A stretch of 60,451 bases of DNA, counting the filler, from Platydemus manokwari (lineage: Eukaryota): NCBI GenBank assembly GCA_037951405.1. It is 5 parts of 5 records of this genome, joined end to end, with 100 filler letters (N's around TTAATTAATTAA, not from the genome) between each part and the next. Parts side by side here need not be neighbours in the genome. Positions count along the whole stretch, not along the records: positions 1 to 14,470 come from JBBMOY011453642.1; positions 14,571 to 29,603 come from JBBMOY011359204.1; 3 more parts are not named here. One strand, given 5' to 3'. The position numbers and the translations under genes are program-made. Numbering within the stretch: position 1 is the first letter of the stretch; the number at the start of each line of letters is the position of its first letter. The notes beneath the pieces are model-generated. The model was not told the origin of the DNA. It was given only the letters and a program-made list of their open reading frames with translations, and did no database searches. Positions 13,746-25,833 of this stretch are shown here, in pieces.

Positions 13746-14570
13746 TTGATAGGTATAGTAACATTAATCTAGAAAATAATTACTAGGAATGATATAATTT
13801 CTTAATAGTGTTGGGGGAGCATAAAGGACGAAATTGCATCCAGGCATATTGAATGTAGGAAATGGTTAAAAAGTAGTAGTGTTGGGAAAACATAGATCGA
13901 CCAGTGCTCTACTCAGAGAGTAAAGAGAGTGAAGAAGAGAAAATCCAATTCACCATCAGCTCTTATAGTGAATGGAGGAAAAGGATAGATGAGGAAAAGA
14001 AGACTCAACAACAACATCAGCGACCACCTCAGGAATCCGTGTGTAAACCACCTCATGAACCCATGTTCAAAAAGCCAAGAACACCTTCCCCCATGAGACA
14101 CAATAAACCCACAACACCAATTTCTATAAAACCCATAAAACCAAACCCAAAATGGGATACTTGGGCCACCCAAAGCTGGAGTGTGGATTTGGATGCCTGA
14201 TGTCAACAAGAATTCAATCCGTAATCTGCGACAAACCTGACAATCCGACAATCCAATTTCTACAATTCAGACAATTCCAAACAATGATTTTATAATTGGG
14301 TTTTTTGAACATTTCAATATTTAATCTGATTCTTCTGAAAAATGTATCCTCTGATTGTATATTGTAGAAAAACTGTAATATTTTATGTAATATTTTTATG
14401 TAACATTTTTATGATATGAATTATGTGACAAATAAATGATATTAAAATACTTGGATGGAAAATATTAATANNNNNNNNNNNNNNNNNNNNNNNNNNNNNN
14501 NNNNNNNNNNNNNNTTAATTAATTAANNNNNNNNNNNNNNNNNNNNNNNNNNNNNNNNNNNNNNNNNNNN

Positions 14571-15940
14571 AATATTTCTTTCGCAAATTTTGTCGTATAT
14601 CTTTTCTCAAATTTATTTTTATATTTAAAAATTCTTACTCTATCTAAAATTTTAAATTTTGATTTAGCATTTAAATTATTATTAAAATCATTCCATTCTA
14701 CAATTTTTTCTTTAATTGTTTCAGGGTTTTTACTTACCTCAGTAGAAGAAATTTCAATACTAGAATGTATTTTATTATAATATCTATTTACAACACTAAT
14801 GGATAATAATTTATAACTTCCGGCAGCTGTAAAATGTTTCCACATAATATTTTTCATAGTTCTAATAAATCTTTCTGCAAAAAACAGCTTTACCTTCATT
14901 TTCAGTATGATATAATATAATTTGATTTTCATTACAACTAAATCAGTACTATGAGTATTGCCTTTAGAAAATATTTAAGCTTTTAAAAAATTCTTAGATT
15001 TTTTATATTCATGATATAATTCTTGAGCTAGTAAATCTTCATCACATAACTTTGTAAATTTAAATTCTTCATCGCTATCATCAGAATTTCCTTATATTTT
15101 CTTAATTGCTAAATCTTTTGCTAAACTTTGTAAACGTGAAAAGCTCTGTCCAAGCATAATTTTCCCTTTCATAATACTTTTAATTAAAATATTTTCTAAT
15201 TTTTCTCTGAATGTTGGATTTGGAACATTATTCATTTGATGTAACATTCAAACATCAGCAAGATTTCTATCTTGTAAATCTTTTGAAATATAACTAACAT
15301 CATGTGACACTGCAGTTTCATCTATTCTATTCTATTCTAGGTTGATATTCTTCTTTGGGAATTGGTGGAATAATTGAGTTTCCTGATGAATCATTTATTT
15401 TTCCAGTTTCATTAAAATTATCAGTAATTTCTTCAAAATTTTGTAATTGTTCTTGAAGATTTGTTCCTGAACCTGTAGGTACATAATTTTCTTTATTAAA
15501 TGGATTCATACCTTTTAAATGAAATTTTCCAGGATGACAACCAGTACTACATTTATATAAAAACTTATTGTTTGTAATTGCTTCTAGTATATCAACACCA
15601 GTCCTATTTAACTAAATTATTAAAATAAATTATCAATATTTTTTAGTATTACAAAAAGATCAGTACATACTTCATAAGTGGCTTTATTAAAAATAGACCG
15701 AGATATATACTATCAGGATTCAAAGATCATGATATTAGTTTTACAAAAAATAATTCAAAATTTTTTCAGTTAATTCGTAATAATAAAATTAAATCATTAA
15801 GAGGAAAATTAAATAACACAAATTATCCTATGAATAAATTGCAATTTGATATAACAGATAATAATCAAATAGAATCTTATTTAGCTTATGTTAATTTATG
15901 TAGGGACTTTGGGAATAAACCACAATCAAACATATTAGAT
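14571..15940 (-). mobile_element. Polinton/Maverick fragment (retroviral-like integrase and neighbouring ORF pieces)
   Basis: ORF 14519-14932 reads AERFIRTMKNIMWKHFT..YYNKIHSSI..KFKILDRVRIFKYKNKFEKRYT.KF..EI, the typical Polinton integrase C-terminus. Upstream LAQELYHEYKK resembles its N-terminus. Truncated by a gap. Confidence 0.8.
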
Positions 15941-16339
15941 TTTCAAAAATTGTACTCTATATTTTGTTTTGAGTTATGAATTTCGGGTAAAGAAAGTTGT
16001 GAAGGAGATATTCGACAAGAAAACACTCTTGAAGAAATTTCAAGACTATTTATTCTGCAAGGTCTAAATAGTAAGAAACCAATAAAGTCTTTAACTCTCG
16101 ACCATTCAATATCTGACGATAGAAGAAGAAAGTTGGCAGTCAATTTGGAGAAGCTAAGTCTGACGAAGCCGATAAACGTCATCAAGTAGACATATGCTCA
16201 GTCGGTATATTAAAGCAATCCTAGAAAAACCTTGAAGAAGGAGACTTTTTACAAGAAGCCAAGCCAAATCGTGCAGTAAACAGATTTTGATGTAAAGAAA
16301 AATCATCGGACACCAGTTAATCACATGGAATCTGATAAG

Positions 16340-16580
16340 AATGATATTTTATTGAATAAATGCATTAAAGAAATTTTTCTGGCTTCTCGGTTCGATTTTG
16401 GATTAACTGATTTTGTGAAACACGAGATCTGAACAAAAGGGGAACCTATTACACAGAACCTCAGAAGGCAACCAACAAATTTATAAACCAAAATTCAAGA
16501 GTTGATAGAAAATATCCTATAATGTAATTTCATAATGCCAAGCAAAAAACATTGGAACTCTCCTTTGGTCATGGTTCTTT
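16340..16580 (+). mobile_element. Ty3/Gypsy pol fragment (start of RT)
   Basis: DFGLTDFVKHEI*TKGEPITQNLRRQP..IQELIENIL*CNFIMPSKKHWNSPLVMV matches the Gypsy pre-RT pattern (H.I.T...PI.Q..RR.P ... PS.S.W.SP.V.V). Probable gag-related sequence from ~15950. Confidence 0.8.
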
Positions 16581-16619
16581 CATGGAAAAGTATCTTTCAA
16601 AAATAAGAATAAAGGAATT

Positions 16620-18240
16620 CAAAAAGGAATTCAATAGTCTTTGTGTGAATTTTTGTTGTATATGGTAAGTCTATAAGCCCAATTTTTCCTTTCGTGAAGA
16701 ATATTTTTAAATATTCTGTAACTTTGTAGCGGCAGACTGACTTTTGTCTCCTTGTTCTGGCTCCCCAAGATGATGAATTGAGCTGGTTGCTTCAATATGT
16801 CGATAAACGAATAGATAAACTGATCCATCAATGTTGGCAATTGTGGCAACGTAATTTATATCTCTGAACTGTTTAAAGTTGAAGTTGACAATGATGTAGT
16901 CTCTATTTTCTTGCAGAATGTTAATAGTTGAGGCTACATTCATGATACAAATATCTGGGCATTCTTTGAAGTACAAGCTGAGAATATTGATAATTTCTTC
17001 AGTTTGCTTTTCAGTACTGTTTTTGATTGAAGTAGTTCCTCCACCAATCTGTTTATCCGATATTTTGCAATCATCATCATCATTCAACAAGTCAATTATT
17101 TCTCCATAAACTGGATTATTGTGTGAATGTTCATGTGCCAGTTTGCGAAGTTCGATTATTGGATAATCCTCATCGTTGAGACTTTGACCATTGGCGATTT
17201 AAGTGGCATTGAAGAAAATCAATGGTCCACAATCATATCCATTGTTTTGACGACGTACATCTGACAAAGGACTTTCAATAAATTTGTGATTAGTTACAAG
17301 TAATTTGTTCAGCCTTTGATGGACTTTGGTGCATATCTCAATCGATGTTTTCGGATCGTAAATTGTTTTGATAGAATCAATCCAATAGTCTTTGTTGGAA
17401 ACATTGTCGTAAACTAGCAGGATCCAGTGTCTATTTGCAATGTTGATCAGTGGAAAAACTATTTGTGAGGCTGAACGAATTTTTAAAAATTCAAATGCAG
17501 ACGTTTGCCGTTTACGATATTTGAGATGAATAATGGATTGATTAAGCTGAATTTTGGTTGTGGTATATATATCTGCAGGATTTCATGATATCTGTGTCTG
17601 AAAACAATAAATTTGGGTTGAAACGATAATTTGTTTTTTTCCGGACGGATGTGCTATCTGCACCAAAGAGAGCGATATTGGTGCAGCCAGCTGGTACAGG
17701 CACACTCCGTCATTGATTTGTGTTGGTTTTGTCTTTATTTTTCGAAGCTCCAGAACTGGTTGTAATTTTGTTTTTTTCCTCTATATGTGTCGATTCCTGA
17801 ATTTTGTCAGCTGAATTGATGAGTTCGACTGTCGTATCATCTTTCAATTTACCAGCTGCTTCAATTAGTGTCGGTTAACTCAGGACATTTTATATAGTGT
17901 CTGTCTCATTTTCTTTTTGGAAATTAATTGTTAGTGGTGGTTTATTCGACAAGATGTAGAATGATTTGTTTTGTAGAAGATTGCTTGCAGATTGCCTTAA
18001 CGCGCTTTTAACAATATCTAAATATTCTTTCATATTTTGATATTTAACATTTGCTGTCACTGCGTAATGTGATTAGTTTATCTAACTTATCCTCGGGTTC
18101 TTTGCATTTCGATAGTTGTTTCATGATGAAGTCATTGTATCAATGGTTGATTGACTTCTCACTCCGATGGAAAGTAGTTAATTAATAACTTCTTTAAATG
18201 AGGTGTTTTTTCGTCTATTCTGAATGCGTCCGATACTTTG
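16620..18240 (-). mobile_element. Transposon fragment encoding a Ulp1 (C48) cysteine protease; NeSL-like non-LTR element suspected
   Basis: Intronless frame 17520-16707: VFPLINIANRHWILLVYD..YWIDSI..RRQNNGYDCGPLIF, showing the His-Asp-Gln-Cys catalytic motifs. One internal TAA at ~17200, then continues into ORF 16707-17090. Confidence 0.65.
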
Positions 18241-18625
18241 ATATTAAATGAAGTAGAGCTTCAAAATCTTCTAATATTTGATTATTTGCAAATAGGATCA
18301 AAGTAGATCGAATTACAACTTATTAAACAAATATTTTAACATTAGAATCAAATTGAGACATACTTAAATTTTTTACAATTATTTTATAAAAATAAGCAAT
18401 GATATTATTAAACGTGCCTATAGTTAACTAGCTCAATTTATAATTAAAAATTAAAATTTAAATACTCAAATAATCATATAGAATTGTAGTGATTAAAATA
18501 TGAACTTAAAACTATATTTAGTCACTATTAGACATCTTAAAAAGTGAGATATTACTGAATTATAAGAATAAGTCAAATTCATTATTACGAAAGTAGAACT
18601 AAGGACTCTTTTCCTTAACTTAAGC
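18240..18625 (+). mobile_element. Truncated copy of the ~600-bp MITE family (see 41913-42512)
   Basis: Collinear with 42061-42512 (ACTCAAATAATCATATAGAA, GTCACTATTA.ACAT, TTAACTTAAGC end). Confidence 0.85.
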
Positions 18626-20304
18626 TCAATGTTCGAAGCATGAAGTTTAAAATTTTAAATTAACTAATCATAATCAGTGTCATTGATTTTCAGTTTATTT
18701 TTCACTTAATACAAACAGCAAACAACAATTGGTAACAACAAATTAGATTTATCGAAGATTTACCTTACTTTGTCTTGTGATAAATTTTCCATGTAGGTTG
18801 TGAAAAATGAATGTAAATTTTGTTGTTGACAATATCTAACAAAATATTCTAGGTTCCAAAATAGACATGAATGTGAAGATGAAATGAACAGAAAATTCTA
18901 TGTAGATTACATGGAAATAATGATAACTAATACAGCACCACACCATTTCTTTCAATAAAATTTTGTGGAAATTCATTTACTCTTATTATTACTATTATCA
19001 TTGTTTGGAAAGTATTTTGATTCGAAATGACATTGAAATATGTTGTTAATGTTTCCTGTTTTGTTTTGAATAATTCATACTCTAGAGAATTTTGATAATC
19101 TTTGAAATATCCTGTTAATGTGACACATTGATTACTCTCAAGATTTAGCAGTGACTTAGGTTTACCGCTTTTGTATGTTTAAACAATGCTTTTCCTGAAT
19201 ATCCTTAAGAGAAAATCAATGCTGTTTAGGGATATTTTTTATTTTGTTTAGATTTTATAATTATGAATAATAATAATAATAATATTAATAATAATAATAA
19301 ACATTAAAAAAAATAAGAAAAATGATAATATTAATAATAAAATGAAGCATGCACACTTGGGTTCCAAATAACGTTAGGCCGTATCGTTAAGTAGTGTTGA
19401 AGCCTTATAAATTCAGTTGACAAGACATAATAAATAGCAATATTAAGGTCATTTCATTATAAAATCAAGACTAGTAGAACTATTTTAATAGTACTCAGGT
19501 ATTGGATCAACAAACGTAATAATCACATGATGTTTGATAAGGTCATTTGTGGAATAAAATTATTATTATGTCAGAAACTTCTATTAAAAATATTTTTCTG
19601 GAATTATTTTCCATCATTAAATGAAAAATACGTATTAAATAAATCCGTGCTGTTTATCGAAGAGATTATGCAATGTTACAATTAATTGAGAATCAAATAC
19701 ATTTTGAATTTCTCATTAATAACAGTAACTCATTTAGATTATTTTGAACTTGAACACGGAATATTAAACAACATTGGCACACCTAGATTATTAAAACCAT
19801 TGTGGATTTGTTCAAAGGTTGAAAATTAAAATGAAAACCTTTTACCAAACTTAATTTTCACTTCCTAAATATTTTCAATTTTGATTATTGATCAAAAAAA
19901 TTTCCAGATTTACCAATCCTTAAAAATTATTTACAAAATAATTTAATTTGAAAATACTACCAAATGAGAATGACAAACTGTACATTTTCTGTTGTCACGT
20001 AACCACCTATGCACACACACCCAATTCATATCCACATAATACACGTGCACACATACACATATATCGAAATACACACCAATTGTTGTACAGTGATATTGTC
20101 GAATTGATAAAAGAGACATTGATATTTTATGAGCAAATAATGACCCATAAAATTGTTAATTTCATTAAGATTTTCTAATTGTGTGCGAGCCTCATCAATC
20201 TGAAAGTGCTGACAAATCGACAATAAAATTTTAATGCAATTAATATGGCTGACAAATTCCAATAAATTCAACTGATTCAAAATCATAAACTCCATTTTCA
20301 TCTA

Positions 20305-22791
20305 ATGCACGAATTTGATTCATTGAATAAATTTACAAATTACCTCCGAGAAAATGATGCTTTACGATTCAAGTCCGAAATTAAAAATTTACCAAATGAT
20401 ATTGTTAATCTTATCGATCATTTGAATGAAAAAGAAAAAGAACGCGCAATTCGGTGGTGTCGAGATGAAAACGTATTTTTGATTCATAAACTATTCATGG
20501 CAGTAAGAACAATCGATTCCATCATTTTCATTAAACATAATTTATCTTATTACAAACAAAATCATTTGTTGGATGATGAAAATCGAACATGGCTCCACAT
20601 TGCAGTATCAGCCAATAGAAATGAAGCGATTTTAAATTTTCTTATAATCGATATTGCTATAGATGTCGAAAAACGTGATTTATATAACTATACCGCATTG
20701 CATATTGCTTGCCAGAAGTTAGAATACAATGAAGGTGAGTTGACTGTTTTAATTCAAAAATCTAATCAACTCATTGTATCATCACTCGATGATGTAACAG
20801 CATTGGAACTAGCGTGCTGTGACATTAGAAAGTTAAATGAAATACAACGAAACAAACGTGTTAAATTAAAGGAATTACTGGAAGCGATCGATAACATTTG
20901 CAATGATCTGCCACAAACTGACGATTTTTATTACAATGATCAGATGTCAAATGAGAAAATCTGGACAAATCTGCTCCACAAAAATGACAAATATAGACTG
21001 ATAAGTGCAATGAGAAAAGATGCCAATTTCAAAGATAGATTTTATCTCTCGACTCAAGAAATCACAAATATCTTATCAATGTGCCATGAAAACGGTCAAG
21101 GAATATTGACTTACATAAAGAAAAAATTTATAAATAACAACAATAAAATAATTTCATTGGAAAACGTCTTTTTCAGAATATCCACCTTATCGATGGAGCA
21201 TCACATCAACCAACAAGTCACCAATGAGTTTTATAAATCAGCACTCTTTGTCTCTTTAATAACAGGTCGTTTTGAATTGGTTCCTCCTTTGCTGAAATTT
21301 TGCCAATTCGAAATTATTCCTTATGCCATGATTATTTGTTTGATTTGTCAGAGACTCAACAATGAAATCTTGTCTTTCCAGGTATTGGATAACATTATTA
21401 AATTGAAAGATTTTTGTGAACTCTATGCCATAGAAGTTTTGAATAGAACATCTATTCGAGATTCTACAATAAAGAAAAAATCGATTTTCAACTTCTTAAA
21501 TGGTTTGAAATATTCTAATCGAACTATTTTGGATATTGCTTATATGGCCAAATGTTCAAGATTTCTCAGTTTACCATCCTGCCAAGAAGTTTTAAATTGT
21601 ATATGGCGTAAAAAAAACAGAAAGTGCCCTTTGATGAAATTTTGGATCCATACGTTTACACATATAATATTCTTAGGTCTGTTAGCACATATATTGATTT
21701 CTGTATTTTACATAAAAATATCAATAGAAGAAGGCGTCTGCTATGTTTATGGTTTTGGATATTTCATAGAAGAATGTCGTCAGATTTTCATTTTAAAAAG
21801 AAACGGTTTGATGTATTACTATATAAATAATGCGACAAATATTCTTGATATTGGAGCCTTGATTTGCATCAGTATTGGTTTTGTACTGAGATTTATTTAT
21901 TTTTCACCATTCTCATCTGGATTCCATGATCAAAACTTGTATAACGAAAGTAATGATGAGTCTCTTTTTGTCATTAAATTGTTGTTGTGCATCTCTTTCA
22001 TACTTTTTTCAATGAGAATTATTTATTTCAGTTCTATTTTTCAAACGTTGGGTCCGAAATTAACTATGATTAGTAAGATGATCATTCACGATTTACTGCC
22101 TTTGATTTTCATTTTTATTATATTTATATTTTCCTTTGGTATTGTTTTCCAGTCGTTACTCTATCCAAATAGTTTGTATAATTATCAAAATATCACCCAA
22201 TATTATAAGAAAACATTGATCTTTGTTTTGGGGGACATTTTAAGAAGAGCAACCTTTACAATTTTCGATCCACACTACATAATTAGAGAATTGGAGGATA
22301 ATTTTGACAAATCAAAGATAAATTACAATGGAAAAATAGCTGTATATTTTCTCACTTTAATTTATGTTGTTGCAGTCAGTGTTATGCTGATGAATCTATT
22401 AATAGCACTCTTCAGTTACACAGTGACGATTATTATTCAAACGTCACAAGAATCGTGGAATGCAAAGAGATACAACGATATAAAAGAATATTTAGATAGA
22501 TCAACTTGTCCTCCTCCATTGAATATCATTGAAATTATAATAGAAATCGGTATGTCATATAAAAGAAGTAGAACAAGACAGAAATCTGAAAAATCGAATC
22601 CGATTATACAATTATACAATTTTCAAAATAAAAATATTCCCAAAATTGAGTTTGATTCATTTGAAATTTTACAGGCTTTTGCTCTTCGAGAGTGCCGTCA
22701 TAAATTAATTCAAACCCCAGAAGATAAAGAATATGAGAGGCTAATGGACTTAAGATTATTGCATAGAAAATTGAATGGTAAATTTAATTGA
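20305..22791 (+). CDS. Ankyrin-repeat-containing TRPM-like cation channel (828 aa, uninterrupted ORF)
   Basis: Ankyrin motifs (NRTWLHIAVS, NYTALHIACQ, DVTALELACC). TRPM MHR4/pre-S1-like segment TILDIAYMAKCSRFLSLPSCQEVLNCIW. S1 PLMKFWIHT, S4-S5 LGPKLTMISKMIIHDL, QSLLYPN, S6 LMNLLIALFSYTV and TRP helix SWNAKRYNDIKEY..PPPL. A possible extra micro-exon follows a GT at ~22777. Confidence 0.9.
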   Translation: MHEFDSLNKFTNYLRENDALRFKSEIKNLPNDIVNLIDHLNEKEKERAIRWCRDENVFLIHKLFMAVRTIDSIIFIKHNLSYYKQNHLLDDENRTWLHIAVSANRNEAILNFLIIDIAIDVEKRDLYNYTALHIACQKLEYNEGELTVLIQKSNQLIVSSLDDVTALELACCDIRKLNEIQRNKRVKLKELLEAIDNICNDLPQTDDFYYNDQMSNEKIWTNLLHKNDKYRLISAMRKDANFKDRFYLSTQEITNILSMCHENGQGILTYIKKKFINNNNKIISLENVFFRISTLSMEHHINQQVTNEFYKSALFVSLITGRFELVPPLLKFCQFEIIPYAMIICLICQRLNNEILSFQVLDNIIKLKDFCELYAIEVLNRTSIRDSTIKKKSIFNFLNGLKYSNRTILDIAYMAKCSRFLSLPSCQEVLNCIWRKKNRKCPLMKFWIHTFTHIIFLGLLAHILISVFYIKISIEEGVCYVYGFGYFIEECRQIFILKRNGLMYYYINNATNILDIGALICISIGFVLRFIYFSPFSSGFHDQNLYNESNDESLFVIKLLLCISFILFSMRIIYFSSIFQTLGPKLTMISKMIIHDLLPLIFIFIIFIFSFGIVFQSLLYPNSLYNYQNITQYYKKTLIFVLGDILRRATFTIFDPHYIIRELEDNFDKSKINYNGKIAVYFLTLIYVVAVSVMLMNLLIALFSYTVTIIIQTSQESWNAKRYNDIKEYLDRSTCPPPLNIIEIIIEIGMSYKRSRTRQKSEKSNPIIQLYNFQNKNIPKIEFDSFEILQAFALRECRHKLIQTPEDKEYERLMDLRLLHRKLNGKFN

Positions 22792-23749
22792 ATTATTTCA
22801 TGAACTGCGAAAAGGAAATATCGATGGTAATCTGATTTATTTCAGTAAATCTAGAAATCTAACCCCGATCATTGTTAAGGTAACTTGTATTGTCTTTTAT
22901 TAATTTTTAATCAATAACAATCGATCTGTTTAATATTTGATGTAATAATTTTGTACTAAACTGTTCTAAACTTAGAAAATGATTATTCTTACGACAGTCT
23001 TATGTAGAATTTTATTTGATATTTAGATTCTATAAGATATAAAATGTTTTCTACTGAGATCAATCAGATGAATTTATAGATATTGAAACTTAAAACTCAT
23101 TTGAAAACCCATGCTTTCACTCCAAAAATAAAAAAAACATCTGTGATATCTGTCATAACATTTGAAAAAGTCTAAAAACCTGGATATATTTTCAAATGAT
23201 TTGGAAGGATTCACGAATATTGTACGTTTTTCAATTTTCCTTGACGACATTGAGCTGCTATATGTTTGTTAGTCACATTGAGAAACCTCTGTAAGTATTT
23301 ATGGTGAATGTTGTTTAATTATTTTTTAATATCAAACATTCACATTGTCTTTACCACACAACAACTAATTTAATCCATAGAGTCCATACACAATTTCGTG
23401 GGTATTTTTCTGTCTCAACAAAATACCCTAACAAATCTTAAGATTAACACGATTGATCAGGAATATTTGATTATTTATAGGATTTTAATAGGAATTCTAA
23501 TCACTAGATTAACGAAATTATTATGTTATATAAACCAACTTTACGTTGTTTATTTCGCGCGTATTTTACTTTTCAACTCATTCCTTCGTGTGGCAATAAA
23601 ATATATAAAGTACTTGCCCGTTGTTATTCATTTATTTTTAATGACGATTAATAATTCAGGTTTTGAAACGTTAGTTTTATTTTTTTAATTAAATTTTTAG
23701 AGATATATAAAATGTTGAAGTGGCTTATATTTATCATTATGTTCTTTGC

Positions 23750-24350
23750 AAGAGTTATATCCAAATCATAAAGTAAGTTTTTAGTGCGCCGCTCAAATCA
23801 TGATAAAAGACAAAAAAGATAAATAAACTTAATTTACTGGAAATTTCTGCTCAATTTTATCTATGAATTGGGAGATTGTAATGAAGACAGATAATTCTTC
23901 AGATTATCAGAAAATATTTCGCATGTGTCATAAGAAATCGTTAAATATTTCATGACAAATTTTGATCAAAATTTTCGAAACTAAAATTTTCATGTTTCTT
24001 GTCAAATGATCAATGATAATGAAAATTTTATAAGAAACTCAAAAATATCATTTTTCGAATCTCCAAATTTGCTTTACTAAGTACGTTATGAAATAACAAC
24101 TATTGATCAAAATTTCAAGTTCTTCTTGTCACATGATAGAACCAGATTACATGAATTTTGGTCAATGAATATAAAGTACCTTTTTCAATTTCAAGCAATT
24201 TGCCTAGACTCTTTCAAAAGAAATTTCAATAATTTCGAGGCTAAGAATCCACTTATAAAACCAAGTTTACATTACAAAAAATAATTGCTCTAGTAACATA
24301 ACTCTCGTATGTGTTGAAAGATTTCCTAGTAAAAGTAAGATATTAATTTT
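23750..24350 (+). mobile_element. Possible hAT transposase C-terminal relic
   Basis: Broken fragments LHEFWSMN and VCVERFPS resemble the hAT dimerisation region (FW ... ER.FS). Weak. Confidence 0.3.
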
Positions 24351-24419
24351 TCATGTATCGTTCGAAAAGATTGAATATATATTGAATATGTGAGGTTCAA
24401 TTAAAATAATTAAAAATAA

Positions 24420-24530
24420 CAACTTTTAAAACATTTAAAAATTTAATATTTTTATATAAAATGTTTTAAAAGAATTTTAAAAGTTTTAAAATGTTTTAAA
24501 AATTTTAAAAGTAAAATTTTTAAAATAAAT
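24420..24530. repeat. Tandem palindromic TTTTAAAA minisatellite
   Basis: Repeated ttttaaaa units read directly. Confidence 0.7.
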
Positions 24531-25833
24531 ATTTATATATATAACCCTGATTAAGATAAATATTAAATGATAAAGCTTTCAAAAATTTGCTTGAATAATG
24601 TTTATTTGTTTTATTAAATAAATTTGAGAAAATCCTAGTCAAGAGTTCTTTTGATGAAACACCAGTAACAAGTGAAGTAGCGGCCACTAACAATATGATT
24701 TATATGAAAATCAGCATAAGTTATATTTGAAGATTTGTTTCATATGTGATTCAAGCAAAATATGGGACTGTTAGAATCGGACTAAAGAACATAAAAATGG
24801 GTAAAATATACAGACTTTATTGTGAAATCGCTTACCAATGAAAGACATCAACAAATATAAACTGAATCAAACATACTTCTGGATTTTACAAAGAAATAAT
24901 GAATTTTATTAATTTTGGTTTAAATTTGATGCCTGAATTTATTATTAGAACAACGAATTTAAATTTCACCTAGTAAACATTAGGAAATTTACCCTTAATA
25001 AAATTACATATGATTTTGCTAAACTCTAATTAAAGTAACATATTTTAAGGATTAATGATTGATGTGCACAGTAGTTAGAGTGGTGTTAATTTTAGTAAAA
25101 ATTGAATAAAGTTTGTGAAGTATAAATTGTTTTAATGACGAAAAACGTAATCGGAAACGCTATATGATCAATTTGTTGTCAACCGAATCAAATCAACATT
25201 TAGTTTTAACATAATTTATGAGTGTCAGTCATAAAATTATCTAAGCAGGTACACTAGATAAAAAATGTTATAAGTTCAGTTAAAGTAAATGAGAACTGAA
25301 AATAAAATAAGAAGTGGCAGACCAACATAAGTAATATTTTAAGAAATCGTTTAGATAATAAACCTATAAAATTTAATATTCTGCAAGTAATAAATTTTTT
25401 TACTCAGATTTTACTAATAAAAACATAATTTTTAAATAAGCAGATAATATAGATGTATAATTTCGAATGTTTCGAATTTATAAATCATTTACAATAAATG
25501 AAATTAACTTCGATTTGATAATGCTCCAAAACTTGAAAATTTCTATAATAATAATAATTTTATTTTTACGAATGGACAACAGACATCCACTATAAGTAGT
25601 CATCGTAAACAGATCAGAAACATTTCAAATTAGTATTTTTATCTGATTATTTGATGGCAAAGGGATACTAATGACTCGATCAATCGGCTTGTATATACAT
25701 ACAATCATGACACATTGCAATTATTCAATACACAACTGCATCTGATAATAATGATGTAGAATGCAGATGAGGCCAAGATAATCGTTATAAAATCTTTAAT
25801 AAAAAATCTAAATATATATCTCAAAAAATTTAC

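Noticed and set aside
14471-14570. N-run with central TTAATTAATTAA, also at ~29604-29703, 39559-39658 and 49517-49616
   Set aside because: Artificial six-frame-stop contig linker from the assembly, not a biological repeat. ORFs running through Ns (e.g. 32461-32829, 39607-40044) are artefacts.
21624-22619. Small ORFs overlapping the channel gene, and other antisense ORFs such as 4534-4758, 13913-14251 and 16918-17109
   Set aside because: Alternative-frame shadows with no motifs.
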